Shown: positions 18,884 through 28,916, counted from the first letter of the stretch. The stretch is 64,000 bases of DNA from an uncultured delta proteobacterium (GCA_963724765.1 CAVRVY010000003.1:1344001-1408000), one strand, 5' to 3'. The notes: generated from the sequence alone by a model not told the origin. Made by a program: numbers and translations.

Positions 18884-19675
18884 TTGACCAGTCCAAATCC
18901 GCCGCCCCGTCATCGTCCGCCCCGACAGCCACGTCGTGCCACGGCGCATCCGAAGCAACGGCGCGGGCACAAACCGCTCGGCGACGGCCGTCCGCTTCAT
19001 CTGATCTTCGACGCCGACGACACCCTGTGGGACTCCAACATCCATTTCCTCGAAGCCGAAGCGCGCTTCGTCGCCGAACTGGTTGCGGCGCAGGCGGGCG
19101 CAACTGAGGCGGTGCGCGCGGCGATTCGCCGGCGCGAACTGGAAATCATCAAGAGCCATGGCTACGGGCGCGAGCCGTTCGTGGTGCTGATGCGGATGGT
19201 CGCGGCAGAACTTGCGCCTCGAGGTGCGCGCGAGACCCTCGGCGCCGCGATCGAACGGATTGCTGCGCATTTCCTCGAGCGCGAATGCGAGTTGCTGCCC
19301 GACGTCGAGCCGACGCTCGTCGAACTTGCCGCGCGCCATCACCTGACACTGTTTACCAAGGGCCAGCCGCGCGAGCAGTTGCGCAAGCTTGAGCGCTCAG
19401 GGTTGCGGCGCCACTTCAGCCACGTCGAGGTGCCGGCCGAGAAGGACGAAGCCGCGTACCGACGGCTGGTCGAGGCGGCGGCGCTCGACCGCACCCGCGC
19501 TTTTATGATCGGAAACAGTCCCCGCTCGGATATCAACCCGGCGCTGCGCGCGGGCCTGCGCGCGATCTTCATCCCGCATCCCCATACCTGGGAGCTGGAG
19601 CACGAAGAGGTCGACCTGACCGACGAACGTGTCACCGTGATCGCCAACTTTCGCATCCTGCGCGAAATATTCTAG
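18884..19675 (+). CDS. HAD-superfamily hydrolase
   Basis: Motif I LIFDADDTLW; FTKG; motif IV IGNSPRSDI. Confidence 0.9.
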   Translation: MTSPNPPPRHRPPRQPRRATAHPKQRRGHKPLGDGRPLHLIFDADDTLWDSNIHFLEAEARFVAELVAAQAGATEAVRAAIRRRELEIIKSHGYGREPFVVLMRMVAAELAPRGARETLGAAIERIAAHFLERECELLPDVEPTLVELAARHHLTLFTKGQPREQLRKLERSGLRRHFSHVEVPAEKDEAAYRRLVEAAALDRTRAFMIGNSPRSDINPALRAGLRAIFIPHPHTWELEHEEVDLTDERVTVIANFRILREIF

Positions 19676-19676
19676 A

Positions 19677-20681
19677 ATGACCGTTCTGATGGCGAAGGCT
19701 GATTCTACCGCGAGCGTATTTGAAACCCAGGCTGCCAGAGAGCGGCCGCGGCGTGTGCGCCGCGCCAAGCCTCCGATTGCGCTCCGCCCGCTCCATCGCA
19801 TCTGGCGCCGCACGCTCGATGAAATCGACGTCACGCGTATTCGGCTCCCGGTGCGCGGTCTGCCCGCGGCGCTGGAGGGCATGGTCGCCTGCCAGTTGAG
19901 CGATCTGCACGTCGATCGCGACGAGGACCTCGAGCGCCTGGTGCTGGCGGTCGCCGCGGTCAACGCGCAGCAGCCCGACCTGGTGTTCCTGACCGGCGAC
20001 TACTTCACCGGGCCGGAGACGATGCGCCGTTATCTTGCGGGATTTCGCGAGGCGGTAAGCGCGCTCAAGTCACGCTTGGGTGTTTTCGCGGTCGCCGGCA
20101 ATCACGACCATTGGTCTTCGGTCGAGCGGATCACCGGGGCGCTCGAGCAGGCCGGCGCGCGCATGCTCGCCAACGAAAGCCATCGCCTGCACGTCCGCGG
20201 CGAGTCGCTGGCGGTGGTCGGAATCGACGACCTGTGGTCGCGGCGCGCCGAACCCTCACGCGCCTTTGCGCAGGTGCGCCCGGACGAATGCACGATCGTG
20301 CTCGCGCACAACCCGGACACCGCGCTCTACGCGCGCCATCTCAAGCCGGGCGTCATGCTCTCGGGGCATACGCACGGCGGCGTGGTGCGGTTGCCGTTCT
20401 ACGGCTCGCCGCTCAAGCTGCTCCGGATTGGCAAACAATTTTACGCGGGGCTGAATCGCTATCGCGAATTCTACATCTACACCAATCGCGGTCTGGGCAC
20501 GTATTGGCTGAGAATCAGGATTAACTGCCGTCCTGAGGTTTCGCGCTTTCACCTGACGCCGCTCGGCGACGCGGCTCACGGCGTTCCCGATACGCCGGTC
20601 CAATCCTCCGGCGCAACTGACGCGCATGCCGCCGCGCCGGCGCGGCCGCGGCGCCGCCGGGTCCGCCGCCGGCGCGCGTAG
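19677..20681 (+). CDS. Calcineurin-like metallophosphoesterase (YkuE-like)
   Basis: SDLH, GDY, GNHD, AHNPD and SGHTHGG motifs. Confidence 0.92.
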   Translation: MTVLMAKADSTASVFETQAARERPRRVRRAKPPIALRPLHRIWRRTLDEIDVTRIRLPVRGLPAALEGMVACQLSDLHVDRDEDLERLVLAVAAVNAQQPDLVFLTGDYFTGPETMRRYLAGFREAVSALKSRLGVFAVAGNHDHWSSVERITGALEQAGARMLANESHRLHVRGESLAVVGIDDLWSRRAEPSRAFAQVRPDECTIVLAHNPDTALYARHLKPGVMLSGHTHGGVVRLPFYGSPLKLLRIGKQFYAGLNRYREFYIYTNRGLGTYWLRIRINCRPEVSRFHLTPLGDAAHGVPDTPVQSSGATDAHAAAPARPRRRRVRRRRA

Positions 20682-20778
20682 CCTTCACTCGTCGCCGCGG
20701 ACGCGCGGTCAGGCCAGCGAGTCTCCAAGTGAACATCAACCTGAGCATCTGAACCGCGAGTATTTGACGAGCATTTAG

Positions 20779-21690
20779 ATGGACCGCATCACTGTCGCGA
20801 TCGCGGGCGGTTCGGGCTTTATCGGCCGGGCGATCGTGCGGCGGCTGGGCGACACGGCCCGGGTGCGGGTGCTGACGCGCAATCCCGACGCAGTGCGCGC
20901 GCGCCTGGCCGGAACCGGAGCCGAGTTCGTCCGCGCCGACGTGACCGACGCGGCCTCGCTGGAGGCGGCGATGGCCGGGGCGCAGGTCGCGATCAACGCG
21001 GCGCAGTTCGACGGCTATCCGATCGAGAATCCCCGCCGCGGCCTGACCTTCGAGCGTGTCGACTACGGTGGCACGGTCGCGATGATCGCGGCGGCGCGCA
21101 AGACCGGCGTCGGGCGCATCATCTATATAAGCGGCGCGGCGGCCGACGAGCAGAGCCGCCAGCCGGGCTTTCGCGCCAAGGGCCGCGCCGAGCGCGCGAT
21201 CCGCGAATCCGGTCTCGAATTCACCATCTTCCGCCCCGCGCTGGTCTACGGCGCCGACGACCGCGTGACCAACCTGCTGGCGCGCGCGATCAGGTACGCG
21301 CCGATTTTCGCGATTCCCGGCACCGGCAAGCAAGTGGTGCAGCCGGTCGCGGTCGACGACCTTGCCGCGTGCGTCGCGATGGCGGTTTCGGGGCGCGGGC
21401 GCAATGCCACCTTTGCGATTGGCGGGCCGGAGCCGATGAACTTCGATGAATTGGTCCAACTGATGATGGAGTTAAGCGGCCATCGCCGGCCCATCGTGCA
21501 TGTGCCGCAGGCGTTGATGCGTGTGGCTGGGATGCTGGGTGAGATGCTGCCGCGGCCGGTCTTCTCGCGCGACGCGGTCGATTTCCTGGTCGCCGACAAT
21601 CCGTGCGACAACGGCCCGCTGATGGCGGAGTTCGGAATTCGCCTGACTTCCGCGCGTGCCGGGATGTCTTACCTCAAACCGAAGTCGTGA
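20779..21690 (+). CDS. NAD-dependent epimerase/dehydratase (NDUFA9-like atypical SDR)
   Basis: GGSGFIG Rossmann motif; TIFRPALVYG; QPVAVDDLA. Confidence 0.88.
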   Translation: MDRITVAIAGGSGFIGRAIVRRLGDTARVRVLTRNPDAVRARLAGTGAEFVRADVTDAASLEAAMAGAQVAINAAQFDGYPIENPRRGLTFERVDYGGTVAMIAAARKTGVGRIIYISGAAADEQSRQPGFRAKGRAERAIRESGLEFTIFRPALVYGADDRVTNLLARAIRYAPIFAIPGTGKQVVQPVAVDDLAACVAMAVSGRGRNATFAIGGPEPMNFDELVQLMMELSGHRRPIVHVPQALMRVAGMLGEMLPRPVFSRDAVDFLVADNPCDNGPLMAEFGIRLTSARAGMSYLKPKS

Positions 21691-21720
21691 CTATTGCTGC
21701 CATCAGAGCTGTGCCCCAAT

Positions 21721-22638
21721 CTACGCGGCGCGGCGCCAGCCGGCGCCCTCGTGGCCGAATTGAAACAGCTCCGGATGGAGTATCTCGGCGAGGATTTCCA
21801 GTGACTCCGCAATCCGCGGACCTGGCCGGTTGAAATACTGGCTGCCCTCGGCGACGAACACGCGGCCCTCACGCACCGCGCACATCGAGGCCCATCCGGG
21901 ACGCTTCGCCAGCGCAGGCAGTTCCTCCATCGTGTGCCGCATGTTGAAGCCGCACGGCGCGACCAGCACGACATCGGGGTCGGCGGCGAGCAGCGCGTCA
22001 AATTCGAGCCGTCCCGAGTGCTCGCCGGCGCGGCCGAAGAGGTTGCGGCCCCCCGCCATCTCGACCATCTCTGGCATCCAGTTGCCCGCCGACATCAGCG
22101 GGTCGAGCCATTCGATGCAGGCGAGCGTGGGGCGCGTGGCGGCCCGGCGCGCGCGCGCCGCGACCGCATCCATCCGGGCCATCAGCCGCCCGACCAACTC
22201 AGCGCCGCGCACGGGTTCGCCCAGGGCGCGGGCGACGCGTTCGATGTCGGCGAAGATGTCCGCGAGTCCGTAGGGCGCGAGCGAGACGATTTGCGGGCGC
22301 GCGCCGAGCCAGTTTCCGACCGCGTCTTCGACGTCGCGCTCGCTGACCGCGCATACCTCACACTGCGACTGGGTGACGATAACATCAGGGGCCAGCTCGC
22401 GGAGCTTTTGCGCGTCGACGCGGTAGACCGAGAGGGCCTCGCCGACGATGCGGCGCACCTCGCGGTCGACCTCGGCGCTGGGGCGGTCTGGATTGAACTT
22501 GGGCTCGGTAAGTGCGGGCAGCCGCGTGACCGCGGCCGGATAGTCGCACTCGTGCGAGCGGCCGATCAGCTGGGACTCGAAGCCCAGCGCGCAGACGATT
22601 TCGGTCGCGCTGGGAAGAAGGCTGACGATTCGATGCAC
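21721..22638 (-). CDS. Stand-alone cobalamin-binding-protein-like (helical backbone) protein
   Basis: RIVSLLPSATEIVCALG, GRSHECDYP, YFNRPGPRI. Start chosen at GTG 22638; no signal peptide seen. Confidence 0.85.
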   Translation of the reverse strand: MHRIVSLLPSATEIVCALGFESQLIGRSHECDYPAAVTRLPALTEPKFNPDRPSAEVDREVRRIVGEALSVYRVDAQKLRELAPDVIVTQSQCEVCAVSERDVEDAVGNWLGARPQIVSLAPYGLADIFADIERVARALGEPVRGAELVGRLMARMDAVAARARRAATRPTLACIEWLDPLMSAGNWMPEMVEMAGGRNLFGRAGEHSGRLEFDALLAADPDVVLVAPCGFNMRHTMEELPALAKRPGWASMCAVREGRVFVAEGSQYFNRPGPRIAESLEILAEILHPELFQFGHEGAGWRRAA

Positions 22639-22802
22639 GCGGGGCTCCTTACCTCTGGGCGATAGCGTCAGATTACTGCCCGCGGTGCCGCCTGTCATCA
22701 CGGCGCGAGGCATTCCCGCGCCATTGGCGTGATCGGCGGATGCGCGCTATAGAACGGGCAAAGGATCGAAAAGCGGCGTGTCCGCGAAGGGAGGATCGAA
22801 CA

Positions 22803-23474
22803 ATGCTCCACGTACACTATTTCATCACGCGCAAGGCCTCGATGAACGATGCGGAGTTCCATCGGTACTGGCGCGAGACCCACGGGCCGATCGCGGCCAA
22901 AATTCCGCAACTCCATCGCTATGTGCAAAGCCATCGCATCACCGCCTTTGGCTCCAACTCGCCCTACGACGGCGAGGCCGAGGTGCTGATCGACGGACTC
23001 GACGCGATGGCTGCGCTCCGGCAGAGCCCCGAATATATCGGGGGCGCGCTGGCCGACGAGCGCAACTTCATCGATCTGACGCGCGTCGAGTGGATGGTGA
23101 CGCGCGACCACCTGGTGCTCGACGGGCCGACCGGCGGCAAGCTGGTCAAAGGCGTGTGGCAACTCGTGATCAAGCCCGGGATGGCGCTCGAGGACTTCCG
23201 CAAGTACTGGCTCGAAGTGCACGGACCGATGGCGCTCAAGCTGCCGGGGTTGCGCCGCTACGTGCAGTCGCATCTGATCGACGAGGCCTATCTCTACGCC
23301 ACACCGCGTTTCGATGGCGTCGCGCAGCTATGGTTCGACAGCGTCGAGGCGTTCGCCGCAGCCTTTGCGTCGCCGGCCGGGAATGATCTGTTGGCCGACG
23401 GCCGCGTGTTTATCGACGCGCCCCGGATGACATTCTTCATGGCGCAGGAGCATATCCAGATCGCGTCACGCTGA
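22803..23474 (+). CDS. Tandem EthD-domain protein
   Basis: Two repeats of F..YW...HGP....P.L.RYVQSH....DG.A. Confidence 0.88.
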   Translation: MLHVHYFITRKASMNDAEFHRYWRETHGPIAAKIPQLHRYVQSHRITAFGSNSPYDGEAEVLIDGLDAMAALRQSPEYIGGALADERNFIDLTRVEWMVTRDHLVLDGPTGGKLVKGVWQLVIKPGMALEDFRKYWLEVHGPMALKLPGLRRYVQSHLIDEAYLYATPRFDGVAQLWFDSVEAFAAAFASPAGNDLLADGRVFIDAPRMTFFMAQEHIQIASR

Positions 23475-23516
23475 GTCCGGCGGTCGTATCAAGCTGAATT
23501 TCCGGAGGTACTTAAG

Positions 23517-24278
23517 ATGTCAGGGTTACTGGAAGGCAAAGTCGCATTGATAACCGGCGCCGCGAGCGGGATCGGCCGCGCCACCGCGATCGCGGCTGCG
23601 CGCGAGGGCGCGAAAGTGCTGGTGGTCGACGCGGTCGCGGCCGGTGAAGATACGGTCAAGACCATAAAGCAGGCGGGCGGCGAGGCCGCCTTCCACAAGT
23701 GCGACGTGACAAGCGCCGCCGAGGTCGAAGCGACGGTCGCAGCCGCGGTCAAAATCTTCGGCCGCCTGGACTGCGCGCACAACAACGCCGGCATCATCGG
23801 CAAGACGCTGCGCACCGCTGACGACACCGAGGAAAACTTCGACCGCATCATCGCCGTCGACCTCAAGGGCGTGTGGCTGTGCATGAAGTACGAGATCCTG
23901 CAGATGCTCGAGCAGGGCGCGCGCGGCGCGATCGTCAACACCGCTTCGGCCGCCGGGCTGGTCGGATCGCATGGGCAGCCGGCCTATACCGCGGCGAAAC
24001 ATGGCGTGGTCGGACTGACCAAGGTGGCGGCGCTCGAGTACGCGCGCCACGACATCCGCGTCAATGCCGTCTGCCCCGGAGTGATCGACACCGCGATGGT
24101 GGCCGAGATGGTGACGGGCCATCCGCGCCTGCGCGACCGTCTGATCTCGGTCGAGCCGATCAGAAGGATGGGCAAGCCGGAGGAAATCGGCGAGGCGGTG
24201 GTATGGCTGATGTCGGACCACGCGTCGTTCGTGACCGGCGCGTCACTGCCGGTCGACGGCGCCATGACTGCGCAATAG
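23517..24278 (+). CDS. Short-chain dehydrogenase/reductase
   Basis: TGAASGIG, NNAG, YTAAKHG (YxxxK), VNAVCPG. Confidence 0.95.
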   Translation: MSGLLEGKVALITGAASGIGRATAIAAAREGAKVLVVDAVAAGEDTVKTIKQAGGEAAFHKCDVTSAAEVEATVAAAVKIFGRLDCAHNNAGIIGKTLRTADDTEENFDRIIAVDLKGVWLCMKYEILQMLEQGARGAIVNTASAAGLVGSHGQPAYTAAKHGVVGLTKVAALEYARHDIRVNAVCPGVIDTAMVAEMVTGHPRLRDRLISVEPIRRMGKPEEIGEAVVWLMSDHASFVTGASLPVDGAMTAQ

Positions 24279-24336
24279 TATGACCGTGCAATAGCCACGA
24301 CTACGCAGTATTCATGACTGAGTAACCAGGGAGTGC

Positions 24337-25092
24337 ATGATGAACCGGCTGAAGGGCAAGAATACGATTATCACAGGGGCGGCGGGCGGCCAGGGACGAG
24401 TCGCCTGCCGGATGTTCGCCGAAGAGGGCGCGCGGATTGTAGCCAGCGACGTAAGTCCGGGCGTCGCGCAGGAAATCGAAGCGCTCGCGCCCGGCGCGAT
24501 CACCTACGTCGCGGTCGACGTGACCAAGGCGGACGGAATCCGGACGATTATCGACGGCGCGCTGAAAGCGTTCGGCGGGCGAATCGACGTGCTCTACAAC
24601 AACCACGGTGTGATCCTGGGTAAGCCGTTTCTCGAAACCACGCCCGAGGAATGGGACCGGGTGCATGACGTCGATCTGAAGTCAGTCTACTTCCTGAGCC
24701 AGCGGGCAGTGCCGGCGATGCGCGGGGGCTCTTCGATCATCAATATCTCATCGGTCGGCGGGCTGGTTGCGATGCAGAACATGTCGGCCTACTCGGCGGC
24801 CAAGGGCGGAGTGGCGATGCTAACCAAGGGCATGGCGCTTGACCTGAGCCCGCGCGGAATCCGGGTCAATGCGATCGCACCGGGTGCGATCGACACGCCG
24901 ATGCCGCACAACTTCATCAAGGACCTGCCCGACAGGGAGGGGATCTGGGCCGCGATCGAAGAGCGTCACATGATGAAGCGGTTTGGGCAGCCGCACGAGG
25001 TTGTCGCGCTGGCGGTGTTCCTGGCCAGCGACGAATCGAGTTTCATGACCGGCAGCGTGGTGACGCTCGACGGCGGCTGGAGCGCGTTCTAG
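24337..25092 (+). CDS. Short-chain dehydrogenase/reductase
   Basis: TGAAGGQG, YSAAKGG, VNAIAPG, DGG C-terminus. Confidence 0.94.
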   Translation: MMNRLKGKNTIITGAAGGQGRVACRMFAEEGARIVASDVSPGVAQEIEALAPGAITYVAVDVTKADGIRTIIDGALKAFGGRIDVLYNNHGVILGKPFLETTPEEWDRVHDVDLKSVYFLSQRAVPAMRGGSSIINISSVGGLVAMQNMSAYSAAKGGVAMLTKGMALDLSPRGIRVNAIAPGAIDTPMPHNFIKDLPDREGIWAAIEERHMMKRFGQPHEVVALAVFLASDESSFMTGSVVTLDGGWSAF

Positions 25093-25110
25093 TTCGCGGC
25101 GGTGACGCGC

Positions 25111-26229
25111 TCAGCCCGGGAGCGAAAAGCCGTAGACTCGCGCGCAATTCTCGCGCACGATCTTTCGCCGGTCGGCTTCCGGAAGCGAGGCGAAATCGCG
25201 CGCGAGCACTTCCATTGTGTGTGGCCAGGTCGCGGCCTGATGCGGATAGTCGGTCGACCACATGAAATTATCCGCGCCCAGGTAGCTGTAGATCTTGAGT
25301 CCCAGCGGATCATCGATAAAGGTCGCGAACACCTGGCGGCGGAAATACTCACTGGGCTTGAGCGATAGTACAGTTCCGTAGCCCTGCTTGAAGCGGCGGT
25401 AATACTTGTCGGCGCGCTCGAGCAGATGCGGAACCCACGCAATGTCGTTTTCCGCCGATACGATCTTCAGTTCCGGAAAGCGCTCGAACACCCCGCCGAA
25501 GATCATCGAGCAGATCGAATGCTGGGCCTCCTGCGTGCGGATGACCATCCGCGCGTAAAGCTCCCCAATATCCGATTCGTCCTGCTGCGCGGCCTTGGTC
25601 CTGCCGGTCAGGGTGTGTAGCGAGAGCGGCATCTTCAGTTCCTGCGCGGTGGCCCAGAACGGATCGTAGGCGTGATGCGTGTAGGAGCGATCCTCGGGCG
25701 GCGCGGCCCAGATGAGTGCGCCCTTGAGCCCCATTTTCGCGCAGCGTTCGAGTTCGCGGCGCGCACGGTCGACATCGAACAGCGAAATCATCGCGAGGCC
25801 GGCGAACCTGCCCGGCGCGTAGCTGCAGAACTCCGCGAGCCAGTCGTTATAGACGCGGAAACAGTCTTCCTGGAATTCGACGTCTTCGATCCAGAACAGA
25901 ACAAAGCCCATCGTGGTGTAGAGCACCGCCGCTTCCACCCCGTCCAGCTCCATGTCTTTCAAGCGCTCCGCCGGATCCCATCCGCCCGCCGGCGCGCTGT
26001 CGAGTCCGGCCTCGAGGAATTTTTTGTCGAAGGTCTTGCCCGCGGCGAAGGCGCCCGAGACGCGCAGCGGCGGCAATTGCTCGCAGGTGAAGAACAAGCC
26101 CTTGCGCCCGTCCGGGTCCTTTACGATTCGCGGCGCGCGGTCGCGAAAGCGCTTGTCGAGCCCCTTGGTCCAAAGGTCCGGCGGCTCGAGCATGTGCGCG
26201 TCGGCGTCGATTATCTTGAGCGTTTCCAT
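25111..26229 (-). CDS. Amidohydrolase_2 family metal-dependent hydrolase/decarboxylase
   Basis: IIDADAH, YNDWLAEFC, GVFERFPELK, WSTDYPH. Confidence 0.92.
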   Translation of the reverse strand: METLKIIDADAHMLEPPDLWTKGLDKRFRDRAPRIVKDPDGRKGLFFTCEQLPPLRVSGAFAAGKTFDKKFLEAGLDSAPAGGWDPAERLKDMELDGVEAAVLYTTMGFVLFWIEDVEFQEDCFRVYNDWLAEFCSYAPGRFAGLAMISLFDVDRARRELERCAKMGLKGALIWAAPPEDRSYTHHAYDPFWATAQELKMPLSLHTLTGRTKAAQQDESDIGELYARMVIRTQEAQHSICSMIFGGVFERFPELKIVSAENDIAWVPHLLERADKYYRRFKQGYGTVLSLKPSEYFRRQVFATFIDDPLGLKIYSYLGADNFMWSTDYPHQAATWPHTMEVLARDFASLPEADRRKIVRENCARVYGFSLPG

Positions 26230-26292
26230 CGGCAATTGTTCGCTTTGAGCCTTCGCGATTGAGGTTTTGCAGTATTCGCGGAGACGCGCGCG

Positions 26293-26835
26293 CTAGAGTT
26301 CCAGTTCGATCACGCGGCGATCGCGCTTTTTGAGATCGAGGAATTCGATATACGGGCGCGCGCTGGGCGCCTTTTCAGTGCCCACTTCCGTCTCGAGGTC
26401 GGTGGTGCCTTCACCGGGATTTTTGCGCGTGACATTGATGAACTGGCATTCCGCGCCGAGCGCGACCACGTTGTGCCAGGTACCCTTGTCGATGAATGCG
26501 GCCTGGCCCGGCTCGATGATGAAAGCCGCCAGCCGCTCGTAAGCCACCTCAAATCGCTCGTGCCCCTGCTCGCGGTTGCGCGGCGGGGGCGCCACAATCA
26601 AGGCCATCGATCCGCGCACTGGAATGAAGGTCTGATTGTATGAAAAGTGCACCGCCATCTGCGACAACCGGCGCGGATTCACCGGCCGCTTGAGCGTCAA
26701 CAGTTCGATCGCCACCCGTCCCTCGCCGGGGGCGACCTCGGGATAGACCGGCTCCTTGTTTTCGAGCATCCGGCCGAAGGGCCGGAACGCCTCGGCCGTG
26801 ATCGGCTCTACCTTTACCTTGATCGTTTCTTCCAT
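26293..26835 (-). CDS. Ureidoglycolate-lyase-like cupin protein
   Basis: EPITAEAFRPFG N-terminus; H...NQTFIP; GTWH. Start chosen at ATG 26835. Confidence 0.75.
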   Translation of the reverse strand: MEETIKVKVEPITAEAFRPFGRMLENKEPVYPEVAPGEGRVAIELLTLKRPVNPRRLSQMAVHFSYNQTFIPVRGSMALIVAPPPRNREQGHERFEVAYERLAAFIIEPGQAAFIDKGTWHNVVALGAECQFINVTRKNPGEGTTDLETEVGTEKAPSARPYIEFLDLKKRDRRVIELEL

Positions 26836-26969
26836 CGGGGTTCTGCCCTCCGCGACCGGTGCGCCGCGCGGCATCGCAGGCAAATCATTGGCCGGCGTGT
26901 CGTTCAGATGTCTAGCAACTCCAAATTGGTTTGACAACGAACGCTGCGCTGGCGCATACGTCGGAACTA

Positions 26970-28073
26970 ATGACCTCGAGCAATCCGATCGCCGGCAGCC
27001 CCAACCGCCTCAAGCTCGGAGTTTTCGGACTCAACGTGAGCAGCGGCTGCGCGATGACCAGCGCGGCCGACACGCTCGAAATCGAGTGGGAGGAGTCGGT
27101 CAGGATCGCCCGCGCCGCCGAGGCCGCGGGAATCGAGGCGCTGGTGCCGGTGGCGCGATGGCGCGGGTTTGGCGGAGCGACCAACTTCAACCATCGCAGC
27201 TTCGAAACGCTGACGTGGGCCGCGGGCCTGGCCGCGGCGACCGAGCGCATCGGAATCTTCGCCACCGTGCACGTGCCAACCGTGCATCCGGTGCGCGCGG
27301 CCAAGGAAATCGCGACTATCGATCACATTTCGCGTGGCCGTTTCGCGCTCAACATCGTGGCTGGATGGAACGAACCCGAGATTCGGATGTTCGGCGTGTC
27401 GCAACGCGAGCACGATCAGCGCTACGCCTTCGCCGAAGAATTCACGACCCTGCTCAAGCGCTTGTGGACCGAGAACGAATTCGACTTCTCGGGGAATTTC
27501 TTTACCGTGCCAGGCGCCTACTCCGAGCCCAAGCCCGTACAGCGGCCGTGGCCGCTGATCATGAGCGCGGGCAACAGCCCGGCCGGCCGTGATTTCGCCG
27601 CGCGCCACGCCGATCTGAATTTTGCCCTGGGCCCCGACCTGCCGACGCTTGCCGCGACCTGCGCCGACATCAAGCGGCTCGCCCGCGAACGTTACGGACG
27701 CGCGATCAGCGTATTCACGATGGGTTACGTGGTCTGCCGCGAAACCGAGCGCGAAGCGCTCCGCTATCGCGACTACTATGTCAAGGAAAAAGGCGACTTC
27801 GACGCCGCGCACAATCTGCTCGAGACCCTGATTCCCAACTCGCAAAGCGCGCTCGGCGATCAGTACAAGGCGATGATCGAGAACTTTATCGCCGGCTACT
27901 CCGCCATGCCGCTGGTCGGAACGCCCGAGCAGGTGGTCGAGGGCATGAGCGAGATGGCGCGCGCAGGATTTGACGGCCTCACGCTAAGCTGGGTCGACTA
28001 CGACGAGGGTATCGCGCAGTACCGCGACCAGCTTCGCCCGTTGCTCATCCAGGCCGGCTTGCGCGTCGAGTAG
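26970..28073 (+). CDS. LLM-class flavin-dependent monooxygenase (RutA/SfnG-like subgroup)
   Basis: PVARWRGFGG, ATIDHISRGRFALNIVAGWN, PKPVQ, AGNSPAG, LVGTPEQV. Confidence 0.92.
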   Translation: MTSSNPIAGSPNRLKLGVFGLNVSSGCAMTSAADTLEIEWEESVRIARAAEAAGIEALVPVARWRGFGGATNFNHRSFETLTWAAGLAAATERIGIFATVHVPTVHPVRAAKEIATIDHISRGRFALNIVAGWNEPEIRMFGVSQREHDQRYAFAEEFTTLLKRLWTENEFDFSGNFFTVPGAYSEPKPVQRPWPLIMSAGNSPAGRDFAARHADLNFALGPDLPTLAATCADIKRLARERYGRAISVFTMGYVVCRETEREALRYRDYYVKEKGDFDAAHNLLETLIPNSQSALGDQYKAMIENFIAGYSAMPLVGTPEQVVEGMSEMARAGFDGLTLSWVDYDEGIAQYRDQLRPLLIQAGLRVE

Positions 28074-28234
28074 AATTTTTCGCGCGCGCTCAGATCGATC
28101 AGCAGTGATGCCGAATCGCTCAGATCCTCGACCATTATGGCGATCGTGCGGTCGAGCTCCAGTGCCGTGGCGGCGATTATCGGCGCGATGAGCAGGAACA
28201 GGAAAACTGCCGCAAACTTTGCCCGCAGGCTCAT
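28074..28234 (-). pseudogene. Truncated N-terminus of a probable membrane sensor/signalling protein
   Basis: MSLRAKFAAVFLFLLIAPIIAATALELDRTIAIMVEDLSDSASLLI starts 16 bp after the upstream stop, then runs into the 3' end of the convergent LLM gene. Confidence 0.5.
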
Positions 28235-28250
28235 CTATATTGATGTGCCG

Positions 28251-28916
28251 CTAGGTGAACATCGCCGCGAGGCCCTTGGGCCGCACCAGCTTGCCCGCCG
28301 GTTTCAACTCCGTGGCCAGGCGTTCGAGCCGCTCTTTGAAGGCCCTGAGTTCCTCCACCTGGTGGCGCTCGAACTCGGCACGATCGAGCTTCGTCTCGCC
28401 CCGCTCGAAAGCTTCGCGGGCGAGCTTGCGCGGTCCCCAGAAGTCTTCGAACACCTTGCGCATCCCCTTGGCGATGGTGGTGTTAGGGACCCATGAGCCC
28501 TGGCACGACGGACAGTGGAAGACCACGCCAGCGTGGAAGTTGCGATAGGGCACGATGAATGGCTTGTCGCAATCCTTGCAGATGATCGGCACGTCCCATC
28601 CGAGCGGATCGAATTCGTCGACCGGCTGCGGCTTGGGCGGTGGCGGCGGCTGGGACGCCGCCGCTTTGGCGGCGGCAGGCTGCGGAGCGCCAGCAGCGGC
28701 GGCGGCGGGTTTCACCGCCGCCGCTGCTGGCGCGGGGGAAGCGGGCCCACCGCCGGCGCTGGGCCCGCTGATGCCCGCTGCGGCGGGCGCGCCATGCGCG
28801 TCCGCCGCAGCGGATGTGTCGGCGGCGGGCGCGGCGGGCTCGCCAACCGGCGCACCTTGCGACGCGTCGTTCTTGTCCTGTGGGCCGTTGTTGTCCCGGA
28901 GATCTTCGGGCGTCAT
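28251..28916 (-). CDS. Hypothetical protein: Ala/Pro-rich disordered N-terminus, zinc ribbon and C-terminal helices
   Basis: CKDC...CPSC pairs; low-complexity APAAA/PPPP N-terminal half. Confidence 0.8.
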   Translation of the reverse strand: MTPEDLRDNNGPQDKNDASQGAPVGEPAAPAADTSAAADAHGAPAAAGISGPSAGGGPASPAPAAAAVKPAAAAAGAPQPAAAKAAASQPPPPPKPQPVDEFDPLGWDVPIICKDCDKPFIVPYRNFHAGVVFHCPSCQGSWVPNTTIAKGMRKVFEDFWGPRKLAREAFERGETKLDRAEFERHQVEELRAFKERLERLATELKPAGKLVRPKGLAAMFT

